59,136 nt of DNA from Octopus bimaculoides (GCF_001194135.2 NC_068986.1:58494445-58553580), one strand, 5' to 3'. Shown: positions 11,890 to 24,619, counted from the first letter of the stretch. Translations and numbers: made by a program. The notes: a model not told the origin generated them from the letters alone.

Positions 11890-14041
11890 TCCTACATACA
11901 TACATATATACATACATCATACATACATACATACATACATACATACAAAACATTTATGGACAGTGGTATTCAGTTATGTATATACATACAAAAATGCACG
12001 TCCACATATGCATATCACGAAACCCTGCTCAGTAGCAAAATCCCCCACTTGAGTTCAACTATGGTGCTGAAGTTTGAAAACAAGTCAAGAAACGGTTTAT
12101 GTTTAATTTAGTAGTTAGCTTTAATGTTAGTTACTACATGACAAGTGACTACTTAATCCACCACGAATAGTACAGCCTCATGTAATTACAACACCTCTAA
12201 TAACTGACTCTTAACAGGAAATGTCTTTCGAAAGGTTTAGTCTACGATGCTACAGTCTATTCTTTTTAAATATTGCCAAGAGTTCACGAGAAATTCCTTT
12301 AAAACAAAATACTACCAACATAACAACACTTTTAGAAAACATGAAGGATGAAACAACACGATCTGATACGTGTACATTTATTCAGTCAATAATACAAGAT
12401 CTACCGCTGTTAAAATAGATGTACTATGTCAGCTCTGCTTATATGAGAAAATCGCTGTCTTAACTCAAATTGACAATTGCATTTTTATAAATCTGAATTT
12501 ATTGATTCTTGTATGCCATCCGCAAAGAAGACTCAATAGATTACTAGCTACTTCATTAAATGTTTATGTTTATTTTTCACACTCGTATGTATCTTGTTTC
12601 TGCAATATGCACTTTTTCCAAGATATATTTCTTTGTGCAAACGATTTTCACCGTGTTATTTCTTTATATTTTTATCGTGCTGATGCAATTGTTTTACTTT
12701 AATTTTTTCAAACAATAAACAAGCATAACACTTTGTCAACCAATATTCATTTGTAACCTTCTTTTCACCAGCTAGAGCTTTCGTCGCTGTTCAGAAAAGC
12801 TATCTAAATAATAAATTACATGTTTTATTCTTTACATTTATCTTGAGATTAACAATGAGGGACTCAGAGGAACGATATGTGAAGCTTTAGCTAGCCATGT
12901 TACTATACTTTTATAGCACGAACCTTCCTCTTTATACTATGGCGTATGCACCAATATAATTATCTATATATTTATCTATTTCAGGCCCCTCTCTCTCTCT
13001 CTCTCNNNNNNNNNNNNNNNNNNNNNNNNNNNNNNNNNNNNNNNNNNNNNNNNNNNNNNNNNNNNNNNNNNNNNNNNNNNNNNNNNNNNNNNNNNNNNNN
13101 NNNNNNNNNNNNNNNNNNNNNNNNNNNNNNNNNNNNNNNNNNNNNNNNNNNNNNNNNNNNNNNNNNNNNNNNNNNNNNNNNNNNNNNNNNNNNNNNNNNN
13201 NNNNNNNNNNNNNNNNNNNNNNNNNNNNNNNNNNNNNNNNNNNNNNNNNNNNNNNNNNNNNNNNNNNNNNNNNNNNNNNNNNNNNNNNNNNNNNNNNNNN
13301 NNNNNNNNNNNNNNNNNNNNNNNNNNNNNNNNNNNNNNNNNNNNNNNNNNNNNNNNNNNNNNNNNNNNNNNNNNNNNNNNNNNNNNNNNNNNNNNNNNNN
13401 NNNNNNNNNNNNNNNNNNNNNNNNNNNNNNNNNNNNNNNNNNNNNNNNNNNNNNNNNNNNNNNNNNNNNNNNNNNNNNNNNNNNNNNNNNNNNNNNNNNN
13501 NNNNNNNNNNNNNNNNNNNNNNNNNNNNNNNNNNNNNNNNNNNNNNNNNNNNNNNNNNNNNNNNNNNNNNNNNNNNNNNNNNNNNNNNNNNNNNNNNNNN
13601 NNNNNNNNNNNNNNNNNNNNNNNNNNNNNNNNNNNNNNNNNNNNNNNNNNNNNNNNNNNNNNNNNNNNNNNNNNNNNNNNNNNNNNNNNNNNNNNNNNNN
13701 NNNNNNNNNNNNNNNNNNNNNNNNNNNNNNNNNNNNNNNNNNNNNNNNNNNNNNNNNNNNNNNNNNNNNNNNNNNNNNNNNNNNNNNNNNNNNNNNNNNN
13801 NNNNNNNNNNNNNNNNNNNNNNNNNNNNNNNNNNNNNNNNNNNNNNNNNNNNNNNNNNNNNNNNNNNNNNNNNNNNNNNNNNNNNNNNNNNNNNNNNNNN
13901 NNNNNNNNNNNNNNNNNNNNNNNNNNNNNNNNNNNNNNNNNNNNNNNNNNNNNNNNNNNNNNNNNNNNNNNNNNNNNNNNNNNNNNNNNNNNNNNNNNNN
14001 NNNNATATATATATATATATATAATTATACTCACACATACT

Positions 14042-14087
<46 letters not shown>

Positions 14088-15277
14088 CAGACAGATAGAA
14101 ACGTGTATGTATTCTCTTTAGTTTTGATATATAACAGTGAAAAGAATCAAAACCACACTAGGTAACGTATCCTTTTGTTTTAAATGAGAACAGTGTGTTA
14201 TTAGAAAGTATTTGTTAGGTATTTCTTGTATGTCATGCAGCCAATCACTGTCTTCTTCTTGAATACTCTTGAATTCGGAAGTAGTTTTGTTGTGAGATGG
14301 GAATGCAAAGAGTATCTAGAAGCGAAAGGATGAGCGAATGTGAATAACGTTAACCATATGAAATCTACTCACAAAAAATCATCTTGTTTAAAGAGATATA
14401 ATGCAAGATCTGGTCCTACCAAGTTCCTTACTAAAGACAAAACGTCGGACAGAAGTTTGGGAAGTGAGGTATATATTTCAGATCGTGTGTTACACAAATA
14501 TATCTTTTGCCTCGTTGATGGCGCATAAAAATGTGTTTCTATATGTTAGTATTGGTGTGTATCATGAAATCAGAGCAAATTCTAAAAGTTTCTGTTAAAA
14601 AAATGTAAATGACGATGACGACGGTGATGAGGATGAGATGGAGGGGAGAGGAGAAGTGAGAANNNNNNNNNNNNNNNNNNNNNNNNNNNNNNNNNNNNNN
14701 NNNNNNNNNNNNNNNNNNNNNNNNNNNNNNNNNNNNNNNNNNNNNNNNNNNNNNNNNNNNNNTGTGTATGGGAGGGGTATATGAATGTGATTAAGTGTGA
14801 GTGTATATTTTTCGATACTTATCACTCAACATGAATTTAATAGGTTGGGGAAATTTTTGGTTAAAACCCCAGTCTTTCGAGTCGAAGGATAGTATCTTTT
14901 ATATATATATTGTCTACTTAGTATTATAACTGAATATGAATTATTTGCCGATAAACATATTATTAGTAACTATCAATTTTAATACTAACTTCATACCTAG
15001 TTACTATAGAAACGACATACACACACACGCGGAGGAATATATATGCATATGCNNNNNNNNNNNNNNNNNNNNNNNNNNNNNNNNNNNNNNNNNNNNNNNN
15101 NNNNNNNNNNNNNNNNNNNNNNNNNNNNNNNNNNNNNNNNNNNNNNNNNNNNNNNNNNNNNNNNNNNNNNNNNNNNNNNNNNNNNNNNNNNNNNATGTAT
15201 GTATGTATGTATGTATGTATGTATGTATGTATGTATGTGTGTGTGTGTATGTGTGTGCTGCTGCAGTTGCTTTCGGG

Positions 15278-15341
<64 letters not shown>

Positions 15342-15344
15342 TGT

Positions 15345-15532
15345 TTTGTTCTCTTACTTGCTTCAGTTATTTGACTGCGGGCATGCTGGAGCACCGCATT
15401 GAAGGGCTGTTTTGGTCGAAGAAATGAACCCCAGGACTTATTCTTTGTAAGCCTTGTGCTTATTCTATCGGTTTCTTTTGCCGAACCACTAAACTATGGG
15501 AACGTAAACATGCCAACATCGGTTGTCACATA
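15345..15532 (+). mobile_element. SINE-like repeat family B
   Basis: 'gactgcgggcatgctggagcaccgc...ccccaggacttattctttgtaagcc...cttattctatcggtttcttttgccgaacc' is shared with 24620-24790. Confidence 0.8.
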
Positions 15533-15962
15533 GATACACATAAATAAATGCGTACGTATGTATGTATATATATATATATATATATATATNNNNNNNNNNN
15601 NNNNNNNNNNNNNNNNNNNNNNNNNNNNNNNNNNNNNNNNNNNNNNNNNNNNNNNNNNNNNNNNNNNNNNNNNNNNNNNNNNNNNNNNNNNNNNNNNNNN
15701 NNNNNNNNNNNNNNNNNNNNNNNNNNNNNNNNNNNNNNNNNNNNNNNNNNNNNNNNNNNNNNNNNNNNNNNNNNNNNNNNNNNNNNNNNNNNNNNNNNNN
15801 NNNNNNNNNNNNNNNNNNNNNNNNNNNNNNNNNNNNNNNNNNNNNNNNNNNNNNNNNNNNNNNNNNNNNNNNNNNNNNNNNNNNNNNNNNNNNNNNNNNN
15901 NNNNNNNNNNNNNNNNNNNNNNNNNTATATATATATATATATGTATGTATGTATTTATGTAT

Positions 15963-16915
15963 ACATATTTTCTGACGAACAAAACCCAACATGTTGTGCT
16001 TGAGGGAATACGATCCAGCTCAGCCAAAGTCAGTAGTGGTGTCCCACAAGGTACTGTGTTGGGCCCACTCCTCTTCATTATTTACATCAACGACATAGTA
16101 GATGTCATCAAATATTCTACATTGAAAATCTTTGCAAATGATTCCAAACTCCAGACAGCCATAAATGGCTTGGGAGACCAAACATGCCTTCAGTCAGATC
16201 TATTTGTTATTGTCCAATTGGCGAATAAAAACAATATGCTTCTGAAGGAAGATAAGTTTGATTTGATCCACTTTGGAAAAGAGGAAACTGAAATTACCAT
16301 ATGCTCTTCCCTCGGGCAACTCCTTAGTGTCATTCAACAACGCCAGAGACCTTGGAGCAATTGTTGATAACAATCTAAGCTAGAGTTCCCACGTAAACTG
16401 CAAGGATGACTTGGTCCGCTAGATGTGCACCCGGATTCTCAGAACTTTCCGGTCTAGAGATGCCTACACCATCATCCTTCTCTACTCTACTTTTCCCGAC
16501 CCCATCTTGAATGCTGTTGTCCGCTGTGGTTCCCCCATACTTAAGTAACTCATTATGAAAGTAGAAGCACTCTAGAGGTCAATAACAAGAAAGATAGACA
16601 GCATGAGAGGCATTGATTATTGGGGTCGACTAAAAAATCTCAATCTCTACTCTCTCCAATGCCGTCGGGAGCGCTACATCATTTGTGTTATGTGGAAAAT
16701 ATTCCATCAATATTGCACAAATGATGTTGGCATCAATTTTAAAATCCACCCAAGACTTGGCCCCCGTGCTATCCGCCTACTACAAAAGTCGAACTCGGTA
16801 CACATAGCAACATTATGTCACAATTACTTTACCTCAACCAGTTCAGCTCTCTTTAATACCATACCAACATACGTCAAAACGGAAACGGATCCCATAAAAT
16901 TCAAATGTTCACTAG
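15963..16915 (+). pseudogene. CR1/L2-group LINE, 5'-truncated RT and 3' region
   Basis: FLTNKTQHVVLEG..SGVPQGTVLGPLLFIIYINDI..LKIFANDSKL (FADD degenerate)..KFDLIHFG; later YWGRLKNLNLYSLQCRRERY. Confidence 0.9.
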
Positions 16916-16979
16916 GTGGTGCTATTAAGTTAGACATGGCCTGGGCCTATACTGGCCGAACGTTATCAAAGATATATAT

Positions 16980-17150
16980 ATGCGACGGGCTTCTTTCAGT
17001 ATCCGTCTACCAAATCCACTCTCAAGGCATTGGGCGGCTCTAGGCTATAGTAGAAAACACTTGACCAAGGTGCAAGGCAGTGGAACTGAAGCCGGAACCA
17101 GGCGGTTGGGAAGCAACTGCACAGTTTCTTACCACAGAGCCACGCCTGCA
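16980..17150 (-). mobile_element. OR2-like SINE
   Basis: 'cgacgggcttctttcagtatccgtctaccaaatccactc...ctatagtagaaaacacttgaccaaggtg' is the reverse complement of 57333-57487. Confidence 0.85.
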
Positions 17151-17166
17151 ATATATATATATATAT

Positions 17167-17359
17167 TATTATGATTTACCGTTGACTAAACACTATTCAT
17201 TTTTTTTTTCTCCGTGTTTTTCTCCTTGTCTCCGTATTCTTTCTGTTGAAGAGCGTAGCTCGAAACGTCAAAGACTTTCCGTATTCCCGAGCGTCATACT
17301 AATACATCCTTTTGTTATTTACACCACCTGTCCTCGTCTGTTGTTTTTTCGTACATTCT

Positions 17360-17362
<3 letters not shown>
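17167..17362 (+). mobile_element. Short (TA)n-flanked element with hammerhead-like motif
   Basis: Second copy of the 11696-11858 family, bounded by (TA)n tracts. Confidence 0.7.
17238..17274 (+). ncRNA. Minimal hammerhead-like motif, A6U variant
   Basis: tcttt-CTGTTGA-A-GAGC gta GCTC-GAAA-CGTC-aaaga: 5-bp stem I, 4-bp stem II, loopless ACGT stem III and GUC site. Confidence 0.6.
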
Positions 17363-17390
<28 letters not shown>

Positions 17391-18998
17391 NNNNNNNNNN
17401 NNNNNNNNNNNNNNNNNNNNNNNNNNNNNNNNNNNNNNNNNNNNNNNNNNNNNNNNNNNNNNNNNNNNNNNNNNNNNNNNNNNNNNNNNNNNNNNNNNNN
17501 NNNNNNNNNNNNNNNNNNNNNNNNNNNNNNNNNNNNNNNNNNNNNNNNNNNNNNNNNNNNNNNNNNNNNNNNNNNNNNNNNNNNNNNNNNNNNNNNNNNN
17601 NNNNNNNNNNNNNNNNNNNNNNNNNNNNNNNNNNNNNNNNNNNNNNNNNNNNNNNNNNNNNNNNNNNNNNNNNNNNNNNNNNNNNNNNNNNNNNNNNNNN
17701 NNNNNNNNNNNNNNNNNNNNNNNNNNNNNNNNNNNNNNNNNNNNNNNNNNNNNNNNNNNNNNNNNNNNNNNNNNNNNNNNNNNNNNNNNNNNNNNNNNNN
17801 NNNNNNNNNNNNNNNNNNNNNNNNNNNNNNNNNNNNNNNNNNNNNNNNNNNNNNNNNNNNNNNNNNNNNNNNNNNNNNNNNNNNNNNNNNNNNNNNNNNN
17901 NNNNNNNNNNNNNNNNNNNNNNNNNNNNNNNNNNNNNNNNNNNNNNNNNNNNNNNNNNNNNNNNNNNNNNNNNNNNNNNNNNNNNNNNNNNNNNNNNNNN
18001 NNNNNNNNNNNNNNNNNNNNNNNNNNNNNNNNNNNNNNNNNNNNNNNNNNNNNNNNNNNNNNNNNNNNNNNACTCCCTCTGAATACATATGCGTGTGTGT
18101 GTGTCTGTATGGCAGAGATTGAGAGAGGTGGGGAAGGGGCGGTAGTAGTAAAAGCGCTGAGTAGATAACAACATTTTGTCACGCGAATGGTTAAGTTTAG
18201 TCGTAGTCCAGCATGGGATCGACAATACAGAGCATGTGTTCGTTTAATGTTCCCGCTTTCCTATCACTACCCTTCCCACATTCACACACTCTATTTCAAT
18301 CTACCTCTTAACTTATTGTATATCTCTTTCCTTCTATTTTCCTTTTTTTTTTATCTTCCCCTCCCCCACGCACCTGGTCTAACCACCTTCACTGCCGATG
18401 GGAATTGATTTTTATTGTTGGCGGTGGTTAGTAGTATTGTACGGGACAGTTGTAGCATGTGATAATAGACGTGGCAGCGTTATTGTAGTCTATAGTTTGT
18501 AACATTACCAACGACGAAGAAATGTATAGATGGTCTAATCAATGATTTATTTATTCAATTGCCTATTTATTTATTTCTTTGTCAGCTTTCGTTTGTGTGC
18601 GAGCGTGCGAGCGTGCGTGCGTGCCTCTGTGTGTGTAAGAGTAGGGGGTTTGTGTGTGTATATGTGTGTGTTTTAGTGTACATGTGTGTTGTAATGATGT
18701 TGTTGTGTAGCCCTGGGTCTGCGTTGGTCACGGAAGTACACAGCTCACTGATGAGGTGCAACTTCACAGACCAATCTTCCCAGATAAAACCTAACAGGTC
18801 TCTTCTTTGAGGACCGTCCTGAATACACGGACATGTAGGGATGACTCGCAAAAGATGCAGTGTGGCAGATTTTGTTTTGCTCTTTGGTTTTAATCCAGAT
18901 CAGCAAAGATAAAGCAAACCAATAACCAAAGGACTTCTGGCTATGACCATTCTATCCATTATTGAAACAGAGTAACTGAAACTATATTATCCATTATC

Positions 18999-19654
18999 GG
19001 ATCTATTTTAAATCGGGGGCACCAGTATTTTCTTAACGAAACACTAACGAAACACTTTGAAACTTGGGACACTGGTAGAATGTGTCATATAAAACATCTT
19101 TTACTCTTAGTCTTCTTAACAAAAAAAAAAAGGAATTCGTAAGTTATTCCATGTTAAAGTTGTCGTATTTCTGTAATTTCAACCAATCACTGACGTCTAT
19201 TCAGCTGAATAAGAGTTACTGCTGGGCTGTGACATATTTCATCCGGTTTAATCGTAATTTATACGCATATATTGTTTATATAATAAATTACGCTGTGCGT
19301 ATCTATGTGTGTAACAATTTTAGAGTTCGGATTCTCGAGTTAGGGTTAGTTTTAGGGTTAGGGTTACGGTTACGGTTACGGTTAACAGTCTAGTTAGGGT
19401 TAGTGTTAGGGTTAGGGGATTAATACGATATACACCGTTACAGCGCTAACTGTTTTCAACTGAATAGACGTCAGTGATTAGTAGAAATTATCGAAATGAG
19501 ACAATTTTTTACATGAAATAAATTCGAATACAAAAATATTTTTCTGTTCTATAACACAAAATAGATAAGTATACGAAGTTTGAAAGTCTTTCCGTACCAA
19601 AAACACTACATAAAGCATAAATGAAGACTGGCGCCCCCGTTTTAAAATAGATCC
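18999..19654. mobile_element. Non-autonomous DNA transposon with 8-bp TSD (Merlin- or hAT-like) and internal TTAGGG-like tract
   Basis: TSD ccattatc at 18991-18998 and 19655-19662. TIR ggatctattttaaa(t/a)cggggg(c).ccagt at both ends. Internal inverted repeat at about 19133-19217 / 19448-19530. Confidence 0.9.
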
Positions 19655-20143
19655 CCATTATCTCCTTAGTTCTCAAGTGTGCGTGTTGTGTTGCCTAAGT
19701 ATGTGTATGTACGTTCTATTATATGTGTTGTGTGTGTGTGTACCTGCCTGTCTGTGTGAATTTGTATGCCTATGTTCAAGGAACTAGCCCTACTTCGCAC
19801 TGTATTGCACTGATTCCACCCGAGGATTACGTTAAAAGTGCTGGAATCTCAGTCCTTTTCACTCTAAATCAATGCGTGAAGACATCGATCAGATGAGGTG
19901 TACATCTAATTCGAAAGTCAATATTTGAAAATATAATTTAATTCAATTCGAGGATTACGTTAAAAGCAAAAGTAAATTTACACTAAAATACAACGCTCGA
20001 ACAATTGCAACAGCAAAATGGACGAAAGTTCGTTGTCTGTTGTATTCCTATTTGTAATCGTATTTGTTATCCGTGTTTCGTTTGATTGCTGAAATTTGGT
20101 TCTTAACATTATCTCTCATAGTTATGCTTACGTCTTGTTTTCG

Positions 20144-20144
<1 letters not shown>

Positions 20145-20180
<36 letters not shown>

Positions 20181-20182
20181 AG
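20145..20182. repeat. (GAT)n microsatellite
   Basis: Direct repeat. Confidence 0.9.
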
Positions 20183-20309
20183 TGATGCTATAGTCATATT
20201 TAATTAATTTTCTCTATCTAAAAAAAAAATTCCGTGCTCATTTATTATATTTCACGATCCTCGCTCTCGCATAAACCACGTAAACAGAAACACACGCATA
20301 TATACTATG

Positions 20310-20365
<56 letters not shown>

Positions 20366-20423
20366 AGAGAGAGAGAGAGAGCATGCGCGTTTGTGTGTAT
20401 GTATATATGCATATGTATATATA

Positions 20424-21545
20424 CAGGGTAGCCCTAAAGTAAGTAAACACTTAATACAATTTATTAATATTTTAGTGTGTTTAATTTTGTAAATACTCGA
20501 ACTGGCTTTCGCCGACTGTTCGACATTCCTCAAACCTGTCCAGAACACAGTTTGATTTGTTTTATTTATTATTAATTTATACAGAAGCATTTTTTAATAC
20601 TTATTTTCCTATTTGCATGTAAAGGATGACAAATAATTTGAGTCAAGAACAAGAAAAGTGCATTCTAAAGTAGAACTGGAAGAGTGAAAATACCGAGTAG
20701 GTACGCATAGTGTCGATTTAAGCATTTAACACTTTTTCACCAACACGTTTGACAATTTATCGGATAAGAGATAGATTTGAAACAACGCGTTCAGTGGTTA
20801 ATGCATCAAAATTTGGATGTCGAAGGACGCCTTTGACTCAAAAATGTGAGATGAAGTCGCTATGACATTTGTGAACTGTTAAAAAATATCCATACGATAT
20901 GCGTCTCTGGAGCTGTCCATACCGAGAACGTGCTTGCAACACTTAATGCATGCATTGAAATTGTAACCGAAATGTCCACATGTGTTACAAAGTCTTCTGG
21001 AGGACGACCCAAACCGTCGGTTGCAATTCTGTGAAATAATGTGTGACCAAAATCTAACGAACCAGAATTTCTTCATAAGATCATTTGGGCGGATGAGGCT
21101 ACGTTCAAGTTGTCGGGCCATACGGTGTGTACTGGGCAAATGAAAATCCTTATTTGACTGAAACTAGTCAGGAGTCGCAGTGTGGGGTGTACTGCCCAGT
21201 GAAGGTGTTATAAGGCAAGTTTTCTTTGAGGGAACTGTAGAGAGTAACAGTTACCTAAAAATGTTACGTAACATGATAGTGCCACATTCAGAACCAGAAC
21301 TAACTTCACAGAACTGTTCTTCCAACAAGAGGGGACACTTCCTCATTATACTTTAGCAGTAAGAGACTACCTAAACAGACCTTTCCCACAACATTGGATC
21401 GAATGACGCGGCAGCATCGAATGGCCACCACGTCCACCGGACTTATTACCAATGGACTTCTTTTTCGTAGAGAAAAGGTTTATAGGAGAAAACCTCAGAC
21501 AATGGATAAAATGTCATCTCTGACGCACTTATTGACATAGACGCA
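20424..21545 (+). mobile_element. Degenerate Tc1/mariner-superfamily transposon (DD37D/DD41D-like)
   Basis: TA|CAGGGT start. Relic motifs IIWADEATFKLSG, FFEGTV..YLKML and W..RGSIEWPPRPPDLLPMDFF. A probable degenerate right TIR lies at about 22142-22178. Confidence 0.8.
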
Positions 21546-22129
21546 GACAATAAATACAGTGGAAACACTCATCCTCTCCAGCTCTTAAGAAGGCCAAGAT
21601 TGGTTCATCTGCAGGAAGATGATGACATCACTTTTTGAGAATGCAAAAGGTATTGTGGTTATTGACTATCTTCATAAGGGTCACAACATCAGTTGAGAGT
21701 ACTATGCCAACTTGCTGAGGTAGTTACGAAAGGTTATCAAGACCAAACGCCTGGGAAAACTGACGAAAAGAGTCTTGTTTCATCAGGACAATGAATCAGT
21801 ACACAAGTAAATGGATTTAATAGCTGCTGGTCGTGACTGTGTCTTTAAACTGGTTGATCACTCTCCCGCCTCTCTTGATTTGACACCATCTGTCTATTAT
21901 CTGTTTCCCCAACATGAAAATACACTTGGCTGAGAACAAGTATCGCAGTGACGATGATGTCTTTTTTGTTAAGCAACAGGATGAAAGTTTTTTCACCAAT
22001 GGAATCCAAACACTGCAACACCGATGGAAGAGGTGTGTGGACCGCACGAGGACTATGGTGTAAAAAAGGCTTATTTGGTTAAATTCCATGAGAATTATCT
22101 TAGCTTGTGAAATTTTCAGCCGACCACCA
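21545..22129 (+). mobile_element. 3' half of a mariner, same family as 698-1953
   Basis: Collinear with about 1345-1953 (gcaaaaggt..gttattgactatcttca..gagtcttgtttcatcaggacaatg..ccatctg.ctat.atctgtt). Ends in a TIR-like sequence followed by TA. Confidence 0.88.
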
Positions 22130-22561
22130 TAAAGTATAAATAAATTGCAAGGTGTGTAACTGTTCTAGGGCGACGATATCTCGTAAAATATCATCGACTT
22201 TCCATATTGGATGAGTACATAAACAGGTGCATATATGTGTATGCATATAAGCATATATATATATATATAAAATTATGTACAAACGTATATANNNNNNNNN
22301 NNNNNNNNNNNNNNNNNNNNNNNNNNNNNNNNNNNNNNNNNNNNNNNNNNNNNNNNNNNNNNNNNNNNNNNNNNNNNNNNNNNNNNNNNNNNNNNNNNNN
22401 NNNNNNNNNNNNNNNNNNNNNNNNNNNNNNNNNNNNNNNNNNNNNNNNNNNNNNNNNNNNNNNNNNNNNNNNNNNNNNNNNNNNNNNNNNNNNNNNNNNN
22501 NNNNNNNNNNNNNNNNNNNNNNNNNNNNNNNNNNNNNNNNNNNNNNNNNNNNNNNNNNNNN

Positions 22562-22925
22562 CGGACTCGCGGTCATAGGATCGTGGTTTCGATTCCCAGA
22601 CCGGGCGTTGTGAGTGCTTATTGAGCGAAAACACCTAGAGCTCTACGAGGCTCCGGCAGGGGATGGTGGCGAACCCTGCTGCACTCTTTCACCACAACTT
22701 TCTCTCACTCTTTACTTCCTGTTTCTGTTGTGCCTGTAATTCAAAGAGTCAGCCTTGTCACACTGTGTCACGCTGAATATCCCCTGAGAACTACGTTAAG
22801 GGTACACGTGTCTGTGGAGTGCCCAGCCATTTGCACGTTAATTTCACGAGCAGGCTGTTCCGTTGATCGGATCAAACTGGAACCCTCGACGTCGTAAGCG
22901 ACGGAGTGCCAACAATAACAACAAT
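22562..22925 (+). mobile_element. tRNA-derived SINE (family C) with (CAA)n-like tail
   Basis: B-box 'ggtttcgattccc', GC-richer body and 3' 'gtcgtaagcgacggagtgccaacaataacaacaa'. The 5' end is lost in a gap. Confidence 0.75.
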
Positions 22926-22959
22926 ATACATAAAATAATAAAATATATATGAATATATA

Positions 22960-24259
22960 AGAGATGTTAAGACGTATGAAAGGCTTGTACGTGGACATAA
23001 TATAAAAAGCAGGTTCTATCTGTGATTTTGTTGGGTCCAGAAATGTAGCAAATGTTTTGCCATATGTGAACATGACCAAAAAATTTCAGTTCTTGAATTC
23101 AGACATGTAGCGGATTCTAAAGAACTTTTCCAGATAAGCCATCTTTCCATATCGCAAAGACCGTACTTCCCACTGCCGTTGGTGTAAAGCTTACACTTGG
23201 CCAAGATCTTCCAGTGAATCTTATAGTTGACACCTTTTTTCTTTTAAGGACCACATATAACTGGATAATTTGGTTGTTTTACTTTTATCCCTGTGTCTGA
23301 AGCTTAAGGTGTGATTGATGAACCTGGCTTTAAAATTTTCCTCTGTGAGACCCACATATTTCTTTGACAAAACTATGTCCTTAGTGGTTGTAGAATCTAC
23401 GGCGGCTTCATAAATGATGGCCTCGGTCATACAAGCTCCATTTAGCGAGCACAAGTTTTTAACTCTGCAGGAACAACCGGCAGCATTTTGTTCTTTTTCT
23501 TTGTTGCGTGCAATTATATTTTTAATATTGGCAGTAGAACTAAAACTAATCTTTAAGTTGTGCCTATTAAAGAGCTTTCTATAATTATGATTGATTGGAA
23601 AACGCCTACCTATAAGGGATAAGAAATATCTACCTATATTAAAGGTTACTTATGGTGAGTAAGGTGGTGTGAACCAGATAATTTTCCTATTCCTATATTT
23701 CCTTTTCTTTATTACTGGACTGGTAACAGTTGTATAGGTTATTTCCTCGCTAAAACCACTCTCATTTAGAGCTTTATTATATATTGGGGCAACACTATCA
23801 AAAATGTTTATATTGGAGGAGATGCTAGAAATTCTCTTGCTAATGTTTTAAACTAAATTCTTAAACACTATGGGGGGGGGGGGAGGAACATACATTAATA
23901 TAGCCAAGTCTATCGTTGGGCTTTCTATAGGGTTTGTAAATATTCTTATTTAAATCTAAAGATACATCATTGAAATTGACAACTCTAAGGTTAGTATCTA
24001 TTGTTATGCTAAGATCGAATGTTTTCATGATTTGGAAACCGATCTTACGCTGGTCCATTAGTGTTTGTGGTTAAAGCCAGAGCATCATCTTTGTTAGTGA
24101 CAAAATATATACCAGGAAAGTTTTACCCAACGTATCGAGTAGGAATAGTCCAATGAGATCGCATATGCCTGCTCCATCATATGATCCCATGCTCACATCG
24201 AAGGTACCCTCTGTGTCGGTTGTCTAAACCTATTCTGCGTTCTCACCGAAGAGTAAAGT
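22960..24259 (-). pseudogene. Penelope-like element: RT C-terminal half plus GIY-YIG
   Basis: GTFDVSMGSYDGAGICDLIGLFLL; ITIDTNLRVVNFNDVSLDL..YKPYRKPND; CSLNGACMTEAIIYEA..KYVGLTEENFKARFINH; YTNGSGK..LCDMER..LNSRTEIF. Confidence 0.92.
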
Positions 24260-24606
24260 CCTACCTAATCCTAAATGTGGACTTATTAACCCAGCAAAAT
24301 CAGAAATTGGCATTATTAGTAAAGAAATTTTAGGAAAACTCAATACTAAAGTCAGAAATGCTACTAGGATAGTACAATGGTCTAATAGTATAGAAGTCTT
24401 TGACTGGTTTAAAGTCATTAGGAATAAAAAATTAAGCGAGATTTACACAATTTGATATTGTAGATTTCTTTGCTTCTATCTCTAAGGAACTGCTCGATAA
24501 AGCCCTCACCTTCGCAAGCGAATTTATAGAAATTAGTACAATTAGTACACAAGATAAGGACATAATATTCCATGCTAGAAAAACTTTACTCTTCGGTGAG
24601 AACGCA
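24260..24606 (+). pseudogene. Inverted 5' segment of the same Penelope RT
   Basis: The plus strand reads NPKCGLINPAKSEIGIISK..QWSNSIEVFDWF..FTQFDIVDFFASISKELL..ARKTLLFGENA, the RT region that precedes the minus-strand segment. Confidence 0.88.
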
Positions 24607-24619
24607 TATTATATATCTT

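Noticed and set aside
12214-12418. ORF MSFERFSLRCYSLFFLNIAK.. after an acceptor-like ttaacag
   Set aside because: Short, no recognisable homology and no matching downstream exon.
19340-19418. TTAGGG repeats as a telomere or fusion scar
   Set aside because: The tract is degenerate, short and inside a TSD-flanked transposon.
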